From assembly GCA_039714535.1 (NCBI GenBank), contig JBDLJC010000003.1, forward strand, positions 42,178 to 106,177: DNA of 64,000 nt. The letters are read 5' to 3'. The first letter of the stretch is position 1. Each line of letters starts with the position of its first letter. The notes below the pieces were generated by a model. It did not search any database. It was not told the origin of the DNA and worked only from the letters and a program-made list of their open reading frames with translations. A program made the position numbers and the translations under genes. The stretch comes from Thermodesulfobacteriota bacterium. GTDB taxonomy: Bacteria > Desulfobacterota > Desulfobulbia > Desulfobulbales > JAGXFP01. Below, one piece after another: positions 20,084 to 27,721 of this stretch.

Positions 20084-21058
20084 TTATTCCGCGTTGGTAT
20101 TTCCGTACTCAGTGGCAAACCGGGCAAAATCCCGCGCATCTATAATATCTTCCGCAACCACGGTCTCCATCTGGGCCGGAATTAAATTGTGATCAGGATT
20201 AAAGTCGCCGTCGTTGGCAGAATTACGATAATGGGATTTAAAAATGCCGAAGTCGGTTGCGTCGACAACACCGTCAAGATTGAAATCGGCAAAAAACCCC
20301 TTAACAGATTCAGAAACACTGCCTGCGTCGCTGTCTGCGGCAAACTTTCGATAATGGAGCAGGGTCGAGAAGGTGCCGCCGCGATAGATCCGAAGCATGG
20401 CTTTTTCGCCGCCCTGCAAATCAAGACTGGCCCCGTCCGTGCCGAATAAATTATTGAGATCCAGTACGCCTTCCGGTGCACTGATCCCCTCGCCGACGAA
20501 AGAACTGAGAGAACCATAGCCACCGTCCGTTTCCAGCAGCACCAGATCTCCTAAACCGGGAACCAGGGAAGCATCACCAGGTCGGATATAAACCTTGAAA
20601 CTCATAAGTTCGTTCGTTAACGGCAACAGTCCACCGCCCGACGCCTGCCGGTAACTTTTAACAATCCCAGCGGTAGTCACTTCCAGAAGAGAGGAGTAGC
20701 CAATACTGGCAGGAGCATCCGGGTCTTTGCTTACGGTACGCGCATAATAGGTTGTTGACGGCGCCAGTCCGGTGGCCCGGATTTTCATAATCCCCTTCTG
20801 TTGCGCAGCTGCCGCAACCTGGGCCGAAGCATCAGCCATTGGCGTCAACAGAACATCTTCACTAATCTGTCGCTGCATTGCCGCATCCAGGTAGATCTCC
20901 ACCTCTGGTACTGCCGCAACATCGGTCATCCAGACCACGGCAAAAGAAGTCGGCGTCACGTCAGTCACCCGAACGCTCACCGTTTCCGGCACGGCCAAAG
21001 CATTGCCCCGAAGGATCACGGCAAACAATAAGCCCAGTGCGGTTATAGATATCTTCAT
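20084..21058 (-). CDS. Secreted protein with an N-terminal FN3-like domain and a C-terminal dockerin-like module
   Basis: The start is set at ATG 21058 (MKISITALGLLFAVILRGNALA signal), which forms an ATGA overlap with the upstream stop. The C-terminus has the Ca-loop/F-hand pattern DFNLDGVVDATDFGIFKSHY, followed by a second degenerate segment AEDIIDARDFARFATEYG. Confidence 0.75.
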   Translation of the reverse strand: MKISITALGLLFAVILRGNALAVPETVSVRVTDVTPTSFAVVWMTDVAAVPEVEIYLDAAMQRQISEDVLLTPMADASAQVAAAAQQKGIMKIRATGLAPSTTYYARTVSKDPDAPASIGYSSLLEVTTAGIVKSYRQASGGGLLPLTNELMSFKVYIRPGDASLVPGLGDLVLLETDGGYGSLSSFVGEGISAPEGVLDLNNLFGTDGASLDLQGGEKAMLRIYRGGTFSTLLHYRKFAADSDAGSVSESVKGFFADFNLDGVVDATDFGIFKSHYRNSANDGDFNPDHNLIPAQMETVVAEDIIDARDFARFATEYGNTNAE

Positions 21059-21882
21059 TCCCGAACTCCTCCAGCTTGACTTCCCGGACAAGTCGGGCAG
21101 CCATCTTTATTGCTAACAGTCACCTTTTCACGGGCATCCGGTGAGGCAAGAAAGCCTCCTTCCATGACGCGAACATCCCCTTGGATATCCCATAGATATT
21201 TTTTATAAAATTTCAGGGCATCTACCTTGGCGGGAAAAACCAGAACCGTCGGCTCCTGGCTGGCAAGGTTTTCGCCCAAAACATTTGACGTGGACTTCCT
21301 CAGACTTCCGGCCAGGCGGGACAGCTTAACCTCAAAGTCAATGCCATTAACCGGAGAGCCGGTTGCCAATGGATATTTTTCCGCTTCCCCGGCGTCCCGC
21401 AAATCATGAACCACCACGGCAATTCCTTTAGCCAAGGCATTACGCAATTCATTAGGCATAATCTTTGCCAATTCAAAATCAGACTTGCCAATCAGGGGAT
21501 ATCCCACACCAAGCCAGGCACGGAGCCCGCCGCTCATCACAAACACCCGTTCATGACCACTGGCAGCCAAAGCTTCGGCAGCCTTTAATGCGTTTTGCTG
21601 CCCGAGACTATTGTCAACCAGCACCAGCATCTTGTTTTTTGAAAACCGTTTCATTGCCAGAATGGAATGGGGGATGTTTACCGCCCCTTCGATATGAATC
21701 GTCTCAAAAGAGGAGGCTGCCCGCACGTCGATCAACCACATCCTGCTGCCCTCCAGGAGCAGATCATGGACCTGCCGGGCCGATATCTGCTCCCATTCCG
21801 CCGCGAAAAGCACGACAGGAACAGACAGGACCATTAACATGATTAAAATTATCTTTTTCATAAGAACCTTATTCTTGTTCAT
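21055..21882 (-). CDS. Secreted tandem rhodanese-homology-domain protein lacking active-site cysteines, with a C-terminal CPTC motif
   Basis: Has a signal peptide and two rhodanese-like halves (WLIDVRAASSFETIHIEGAVNIP...VLVDNSLGQQ and VVHDLRD...VLVFPAKVDA). The catalytic-loop Cys position is D or P. The only cysteines are in the terminal ...DGCPTCPG. Confidence 0.75.
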   Translation of the reverse strand: MNKNKVLMKKIILIMLMVLSVPVVLFAAEWEQISARQVHDLLLEGSRMWLIDVRAASSFETIHIEGAVNIPHSILAMKRFSKNKMLVLVDNSLGQQNALKAAEALAASGHERVFVMSGGLRAWLGVGYPLIGKSDFELAKIMPNELRNALAKGIAVVVHDLRDAGEAEKYPLATGSPVNGIDFEVKLSRLAGSLRKSTSNVLGENLASQEPTVLVFPAKVDALKFYKKYLWDIQGDVRVMEGGFLASPDAREKVTVSNKDGCPTCPGSQAGGVRE

Positions 21883-21892
21883 CCTTCGATTT

Positions 21893-24800
21893 TCAAGGAG
21901 CCCAGCCGCTCACCATGTTTTTCATGGTCACAACCAAACCGTCACCGGGTTTAATCTCAAAGTTTTTACCGATAATCTCAAGTCCTGCCGATGTCTCCCG
22001 AACGGCGGCGCTCTGCCAGAGACCGGTTGTGTTATCGTAACGACGAACGCTGACGATATTCGCCAAACCCACCGAGTTCATCATGTCAGAGGCCTTATAG
22101 CCGTACGGAACGTTGAGCAGGCCAATATGGTTGGCGCCGACCCGGAGATTGTAAGTGGTCGTTTCGCCGCCGGCGGCGACCCGCAATGTCCCGGACGATT
22201 GCGAGTATAGATGCAAGGCCGAGCCGACGCTCAAGTCGAAATCAACCCCGCCCGCGCCACCGGCTTCACTGAACTGCTCCGTCTCCATAGTGGTCCCGTA
22301 TTTGAGGGCTTTTTCTATTGTCAGCCCCTCGGGCGTGGAGGAAATCAGATTGCCGGCTGTCGTGTAATCGCCGACCAGCTGCTGCCCGGTTGCCACAAGG
22401 TTGAAACCAACCTCGATGGGCACCTCAATCGGCAGCGCTACAACTTCAAGTTCGGCCATATAGATCTGGTAACGGCCCTCACGGTTATCCTGCCATACCA
22501 CGAAACCGTCGCCAATGGCCGGTTCTTCCTGTCTGGCGGGATTCGTGGTCAACGTACCACCGCCGCTTCCGACAAGATCAAGGAAGTTCAGGTTCGGATC
22601 ATCCACCCCGGCCGAATAATCGGTATAGACCAGCAGACCACCGTTAATGGCTGGCTGGCTGCGTTCCCCTTCACCATAAGTGAGCCGGATCGCTTCGCCG
22701 CCACCGCCGCGACGGTAGATCTCCTTGTGGCCGTCCCGCTGATCGGCCCAAAGGACATTACCTGAGAAAATGACAGGCTGGCTGGAATTGGCAGGTTCCA
22801 CGGTCAGCCGGGTCTCTTCACCGCTGGTCAGGTCGTATTTATAAATTTCCCCGAGCCCGTGCCGGTAATCTTCCCAGACCACGATATCGCCGGCGGCCAG
22901 GACCGGATGCACTTGGTCACGTTCATGACTGGTAAGCTGAATAACTTCGTTTGTTGCGAGGTTTTTGACGAAAATATCCCAATTGCCAGCGCTGTTATCC
23001 TGCCAGGCAACCCAGTTTTCCGATACGGTGGGATACTGCTGGTCGCCGATCCGGTCGCTCACGGTAAACTCGCCGGTACCACCCAGACGATACCCGTAAA
23101 TGTCCCAACCACCGTGCCGTTTGTCCTGCCAGACGATGAGATCACCATCGATCGCGGGGCGTTCCTGCCCGTATGGATCGGCAACGACTTGGGTCAGTGT
23201 CCCTTCAACAAGATCGTTCAGGTAAATATCCCAACTGCCGTTCCGCTTGTCCTGCCAGACGACCCTGGAACCGGATGCGGCCGGGTAGAGCTGATCGCCC
23301 GATCCACCATTGACCTGAACACCCGCGAACCAGTCGTTTACCGATAAGGTCAACACCTCGGAACCGGCGGTATGCGATGTCGCCTCGGGATCGCTTAAAT
23401 CATCCAGACCGTCCGAGACCAACACCTGTACTGTGTAATCCGCAGCAGGCACAAAGTTGCCGTTATCATCTTTACCGTCCCAAGGGACAATAATCGGGGT
23501 GGCGGTCAGAAAGGTTCCATCCAAGGTTCGAATAACCTTGTTGTTGCCATCCGTAATTTGAAGGGAATAGGATAAGCCCGGCACGGTGTCCGTGGCGTTC
23601 ACGGTAAAGGACACCGTTCTGACCGTCGTTACCCCGGCAGGGGCCTGCGGGCTGAAACCGTCCGCAGAAACGGTAAAATCGGTAATCTGCGGAGCACCAT
23701 CGTCCACCGTAAACTCGGCCGTTTTATGCTCTTCCTCATTTCCGGTCCGATCAACACTGAAGTATTCGAGGGAGTAGTCCCCCGCCTCCAGACTAAAGGG
23801 CAGCGCCGCGACATAATCAACATCCACCCCGGCTACCTTGCGCAGCATAGCCGCAACCCCGCTGCCGCCTTCATTATCCTCACCACTGAGGATGATCCGG
23901 GTCTGCGGGGTTATATATGTTAACTCTCCGCTAATGGCCGGGCCGTCGAAGATCAGGGAGGTGACCGGCGGCATAAAATCGATATCAGGCTGTTTGTAAA
24001 CCAGTTTGTAGCTGTTGGAAGTACCGCCGTTTTCACCGCGATAATCGATGAACTGCAACAGATAAACCGGCTGAAAGTCGCTGTCCAGCTTCTCGTCGAT
24101 CCAGAAGTTATGCGGGTCGAGATGGACGCCGTCGCTTCTAACAACATCCAGCAATTCCAGGAGACCTTGGGAAGGATCATTTATCCGCAAATAAACCCAG
24201 CCGGGAGGATTGGCCGACAGGTCAAGGTCGATATCGACCTCGGGCACTTGGGGCGTCGGCCGCTCAGGAGAGGCGATCAGGTTCACCGGGGTTACCGCTG
24301 CCTCCGCTTCTACTTTGTCGGTCGAACCATTCGGGTATTCGGACTCGTAGATCACATCCGGCATCGGCAAGGCCATCGGGTCGTCGGTGGTGCTCGGATT
24401 ATTTGCGACATCCCGCACCGCCAGATAATCGAGCAGTTCGTCTCGGCCCGGCAGATTGACCTTAACCTGATGGGTCAGATAATGGGCATTGGTTTCCTTA
24501 ATCAAGCTGGTCAGTTCGCCTCCCAATTCGGAGGCATGGCTGAAACTGACATCAAATCCAGAGAACCTGCCGGACAGAGTGGAGATCATCTTCCAATATG
24601 CAGTCGCGCCGTTCTTGCTGGCCAGATTACCCAAGTCAACCGTCAGACTCGAAGCAACTTCACTGTCATTAACCGCGGCGCCGAGCAGCTTGAAGTCGAT
24701 CAGCAACCCCTGCTTGTTTTCAATAATTTTCGGTTGGGCCGAATCTATTTTCAGCTTATTGGCCGGGCCATAACCGTCATTCATGACACGCACGGCCAAA

Positions 24801-25363
24801 GGAAAGGGTACGGGGGGTTCAACCTCGTCAGTAAAAGGGTTGTCGCCGATCACCTGATACGGGGTGAAATAGTCGAGATAGAGCTCCGGCATCGGCCTGA
24901 CATTGATCCGGTCGGGAAAGATATCGACCACCTGTTCAATGCCGGCCACCGTATAGGTCAAGGTAGCGCCAACGAAGTAGTAAACTCCGGTCGGGGACAT
25001 GCCCCCTGATCCGGGCGACGGGATAATCAGCCAGTGGACTTCGGCCCTGGTCCCGGCCTTGACCGTCCCGGTGCCATCGACATCAGAGATATTGCTGGTA
25101 ACCGGCTCCTGGACGAAAAAGATCTCGTCCTTGCGGTTACCGTCACCGTCCTCGATCTCGACATCAACCCGGACGCTCGCAAGATCCTTGGTCAGCAGGT
25201 TGTTGGTCAGGACCAGTTTGGCGTCAAACGCCACCCGCTCAAGGGTCAACTCCTGAACGATTTCCAGCACCACCTTGGCACAGGCGCTGTCTGCAGCCTG
25301 GACACGGGAAACCGGTGCCGACAAAAACAGACTTAATACTATGAAAAGCCACAACCTCTTCAT
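21893..25363 (-). CDS. Secreted 1,156-aa protein. Domain order: ~450-aa N-terminal region of unknown function, Ig-like (FlgD-Ig-like) domains, seven-repeat beta-propeller, C-terminal beta-rich domain(s)
   Basis: ATG start with GAGG upstream. The signal peptide ends in ..SRVQA|AD. There are seven repeats of about 45 aa with the consensus (Y/E)P.(I/V)....(V/I)VWQD.R.G.WDIY. The Ig-like segment includes VPWDGKDDNGNFVPAADYTVQVLVSD. Confidence 0.85.
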   Translation of the reverse strand: MKRLWLFIVLSLFLSAPVSRVQAADSACAKVVLEIVQELTLERVAFDAKLVLTNNLLTKDLASVRVDVEIEDGDGNRKDEIFFVQEPVTSNISDVDGTGTVKAGTRAEVHWLIIPSPGSGGMSPTGVYYFVGATLTYTVAGIEQVVDIFPDRINVRPMPELYLDYFTPYQVIGDNPFTDEVEPPVPFPLAVRVMNDGYGPANKLKIDSAQPKIIENKQGLLIDFKLLGAAVNDSEVASSLTVDLGNLASKNGATAYWKMISTLSGRFSGFDVSFSHASELGGELTSLIKETNAHYLTHQVKVNLPGRDELLDYLAVRDVANNPSTTDDPMALPMPDVIYESEYPNGSTDKVEAEAAVTPVNLIASPERPTPQVPEVDIDLDLSANPPGWVYLRINDPSQGLLELLDVVRSDGVHLDPHNFWIDEKLDSDFQPVYLLQFIDYRGENGGTSNSYKLVYKQPDIDFMPPVTSLIFDGPAISGELTYITPQTRIILSGEDNEGGSGVAAMLRKVAGVDVDYVAALPFSLEAGDYSLEYFSVDRTGNEEEHKTAEFTVDDGAPQITDFTVSADGFSPQAPAGVTTVRTVSFTVNATDTVPGLSYSLQITDGNNKVIRTLDGTFLTATPIIVPWDGKDDNGNFVPAADYTVQVLVSDGLDDLSDPEATSHTAGSEVLTLSVNDWFAGVQVNGGSGDQLYPAASGSRVVWQDKRNGSWDIYLNDLVEGTLTQVVADPYGQERPAIDGDLIVWQDKRHGGWDIYGYRLGGTGEFTVSDRIGDQQYPTVSENWVAWQDNSAGNWDIFVKNLATNEVIQLTSHERDQVHPVLAAGDIVVWEDYRHGLGEIYKYDLTSGEETRLTVEPANSSQPVIFSGNVLWADQRDGHKEIYRRGGGGEAIRLTYGEGERSQPAINGGLLVYTDYSAGVDDPNLNFLDLVGSGGGTLTTNPARQEEPAIGDGFVVWQDNREGRYQIYMAELEVVALPIEVPIEVGFNLVATGQQLVGDYTTAGNLISSTPEGLTIEKALKYGTTMETEQFSEAGGAGGVDFDLSVGSALHLYSQSSGTLRVAAGGETTTYNLRVGANHIGLLNVPYGYKASDMMNSVGLANIVSVRRYDNTTGLWQSAAVRETSAGLEIIGKNFEIKPGDGLVVTMKNMVSGWAP

Positions 25364-25399
25364 TGAACCCTCTCTTTGATGTACCGATTAAGAATGAAA

Positions 25400-25427
25400 A
25401 GTTTAGAATTAAGAATTGCGTTGGCAA
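25400..25427 (-). promoter_or_regulatory. Candidate sigma70-type promoter for the 1,156-aa/rhodanese/dockerin/cohesin operon
   Basis: The minus strand reads TTGCCA-16 nt-TAAACT. It lies about 40-60 nt upstream of the ATG at 25363. This is sequence resemblance only. Confidence 0.3.
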
Positions 25428-25595
25428 ATGCCCTTGTAAAACTCTCTTCACACTTAATTATTCAAGCTCTTCTTTAAGATTACCTCTTGCACAGAAGGTA
25501 GATATTCCCTGTCTGTCATCTCGAACGGCAAAGCCGGAGAGATATTGTCTTTTCCAATCAACAAACTCTTTTAAGATTTATCACATGCGTTCGAG

Positions 25596-25613
25596 GTAAG
25601 CGAAGACTCCGAA
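25596..25613 (+). repeat. Dispersed intergenic motif copy (GGTAAGCGAAGACTCCGA)
   Basis: Lies between the PBP4-like gene stop and the 1,156-aa operon. Confidence 0.5.
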
Positions 25614-25629
25614 TGACAGCAGCACCACC

Positions 25630-26985
25630 TCAATTGACTGCATATGTACCAGTCCTGATCGACTCTAACACCTCGGCCCCGCTCTGATCGCTGTTGGGCA
25701 TAAGACCCACACCCGGTCCGTTCATGATAAAGGTGAAAGCCACTTCCCGCCCCACCGCATCAATCCCATATCCGGCAAGAGCGTAAACGTCCTCCAACCA
25801 ACCGCTTTTGACCCGAAACCGAGGGTCGTCAAAAGGGATGTCCTTGACCGTTCCTTCCCTTCCCGGCCTGGGCAGGGTGTTTTTAAACCTTTCAAACCAC
25901 GGCTTCTTCGAAACTTGGTATAGGTACTTGGTCATGAAGTCGGCCGTTACCCGGTTCCTACCGCTCAGGCCAGAACCATCGGAGATCTCAACCTCGTCCA
26001 TCGGCAGTCCCAGACCTTTCAGGAACTCACCGGTTACCCGAACACCCTTCTCCCTTGTTCCCGGCACACCGAATTTATCAGTGCCCGCCTTAAGGAACAG
26101 GTTATCGGCCAGCACGTTAAGGCTATGGACATTCATCTTGCGCAGCATCTCGTCCTTATCCGGCCCTGGTAATAAATCAGCCAGCAAAACGGCTTCTCCA
26201 GGAGTCTTGCCCTTTCTGATCTTGCCCTTAACGGCAACGCCCTTATCCGCCAATAAGGACTTCAAGACACCGCCTGCATAGAGAGCAGGATCATCCAGGC
26301 TAAAACGTTCGCTGACCATCCCGCCGTTTTCACCTATATTGCCGGTGACCTTATAGGCCAAGTCGTCAAGCCGGGTGATTTTGATCGTATTGGCGGCTCC
26401 CTTAACCGTCCTGGCCGGCACCGCAATCCTGACAGCCTTGTTCGGAGGCTCGATTTCTACAGGGGGAGCCTCTCCCGGCCAGCCCGGTTTTACAGTTACG
26501 GCGACTGTATGGAGATCGAGACCAAGGGCACCGGGCGGGGCATAGGCTGAGCCCCTCCGAGTTCTTTCAAGCCCCTTTATATCGAGCATCGAATCATCCA
26601 CCACAATATCGCCCGTTACTTCCCCGGTCCCTTTGTTAACCAGTTTGTCAACTACCTCTACCAATCCAGCCTTGTCCAAGAGGGCATTCCCGCCACCCTG
26701 CAGATAAAGATTTCCCGAAGCATCGACTGACAGCCGACCATCAAGTCTCATTTTTCCAGCAAGAGCAAAACCGGCTACAAACAACTTATTCAAAGATCCA
26801 GGTCCCATTAGCTTGGCCTGGCCCGAACCATTATTAACATTTAGCGTCCCACCTAAATCCCTGACCGTCAGACTCCACTCCGCCTGTTTGGGAAGCTGCT
26901 TCTCAAATCCTGCTACGCCTGCTGAAGACAAAAATATCATCAACAGACTGGCAACAAATCTCATGGAAAAAGAGTTCAAAACCAC
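25630..26985 (-). CDS. dacB: PBP4-family D-alanyl-D-alanine carboxypeptidase/endopeptidase (peptidase S13-like)
   Basis: All three penicillin-binding motifs occur in the expected order: SLNK (SxxK), DGSGLSGRN and KSG. Signal peptide present. The start is either GTG 26985 or ATG 26964. Confidence 0.7.
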   Translation of the reverse strand: MVLNSFSMRFVASLLMIFLSSAGVAGFEKQLPKQAEWSLTVRDLGGTLNVNNGSGQAKLMGPGSLNKLFVAGFALAGKMRLDGRLSVDASGNLYLQGGGNALLDKAGLVEVVDKLVNKGTGEVTGDIVVDDSMLDIKGLERTRRGSAYAPPGALGLDLHTVAVTVKPGWPGEAPPVEIEPPNKAVRIAVPARTVKGAANTIKITRLDDLAYKVTGNIGENGGMVSERFSLDDPALYAGGVLKSLLADKGVAVKGKIRKGKTPGEAVLLADLLPGPDKDEMLRKMNVHSLNVLADNLFLKAGTDKFGVPGTREKGVRVTGEFLKGLGLPMDEVEISDGSGLSGRNRVTADFMTKYLYQVSKKPWFERFKNTLPRPGREGTVKDIPFDDPRFRVKSGWLEDVYALAGYGIDAVGREVAFTFIMNGPGVGLMPNSDQSGAEVLESIRTGTYAVN

Positions 26986-27107
26986 AACCCGGCCACAACC
27001 TTTTTTATTGCAATAACCTCCAACACATTAAAAACTATTAACATTTTGTTCATAGTAATCTTGCCATGTTGTAGTGTATGCCTGTTATTGTTGGATATCT
27101 TTATTAA

Positions 27108-27695
27108 TTATTCTCCATGCAATACGACTCTGTCTTCATCAAGATAATTAGAAACAGGATAATCAGAATAAATATTTGTTGCTTTCCAGAAATTATCAAT
27201 TTTTCTAAAATTCAGGTTGTTTTTTTTCTCTGTACCATCTTCCTTTTTTACTGAGTATTCTATAATTATCATTTTTTCAGTATCAATCCACCTAAGGAGG
27301 TATATTGTTGATCCAGTATAAATCTCGTTCCACTTATCAATTAAAGCTTGAGAAGATTGTTGAGAACTGATAATGCTTTCGAGCTCTAATTTAGATTCAG
27401 AATCATAACAATCTAAAACCCAACTAATATCCTTATTTTTCATACCAGAAAGAATTGACAAAAGAGTCTTCTCAGGTGAACTAAAATCTACATTTATTTT
27501 TTCTATAAAATCTACGGACAAAGGCTGCTTGTATAGACGTACATCATAATTATATGCCGATTCAATAATCAGAGTTTTATTATCAACTGATTCAATAGGG
27601 TAAGATGGGTTTTCTAGTGCATGAGAAGGACAACACAATATTATAACAACATAAAAACTTAACAAAATAATTCTAAACACATTACACCTCATCAA
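27108..27695 (-). CDS. Small secreted hypothetical protein encoded in strongly AT-rich DNA
   Basis: 195-aa ORF lying 26 nt downstream of the giant gene stop. The N-terminal hydrophobic signal is FRIILLSFYVVIILCCPSHA|LE. No recognisable motif and no clear SD. Its composition matches the 3' end of the giant gene. Confidence 0.55.
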   Translation of the reverse strand: MMRCNVFRIILLSFYVVIILCCPSHALENPSYPIESVDNKTLIIESAYNYDVRLYKQPLSVDFIEKINVDFSSPEKTLLSILSGMKNKDISWVLDCYDSESKLELESIISSQQSSQALIDKWNEIYTGSTIYLLRWIDTEKMIIIEYSVKKEDGTEKKNNLNFRKIDNFWKATNIYSDYPVSNYLDEDRVVLHGE

Positions 27696-27721
27696 TTATT
27701 ATTAATAAATAATTTCCAACA

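Noticed and set aside
25422-25437. TGGCAA-N-CTTGT resembling a sigma54 -24/-12 element
   Set aside because: It is on the plus strand, whereas both flanking genes are on the minus strand. The spacing is off by one and the -12 GC is missing.
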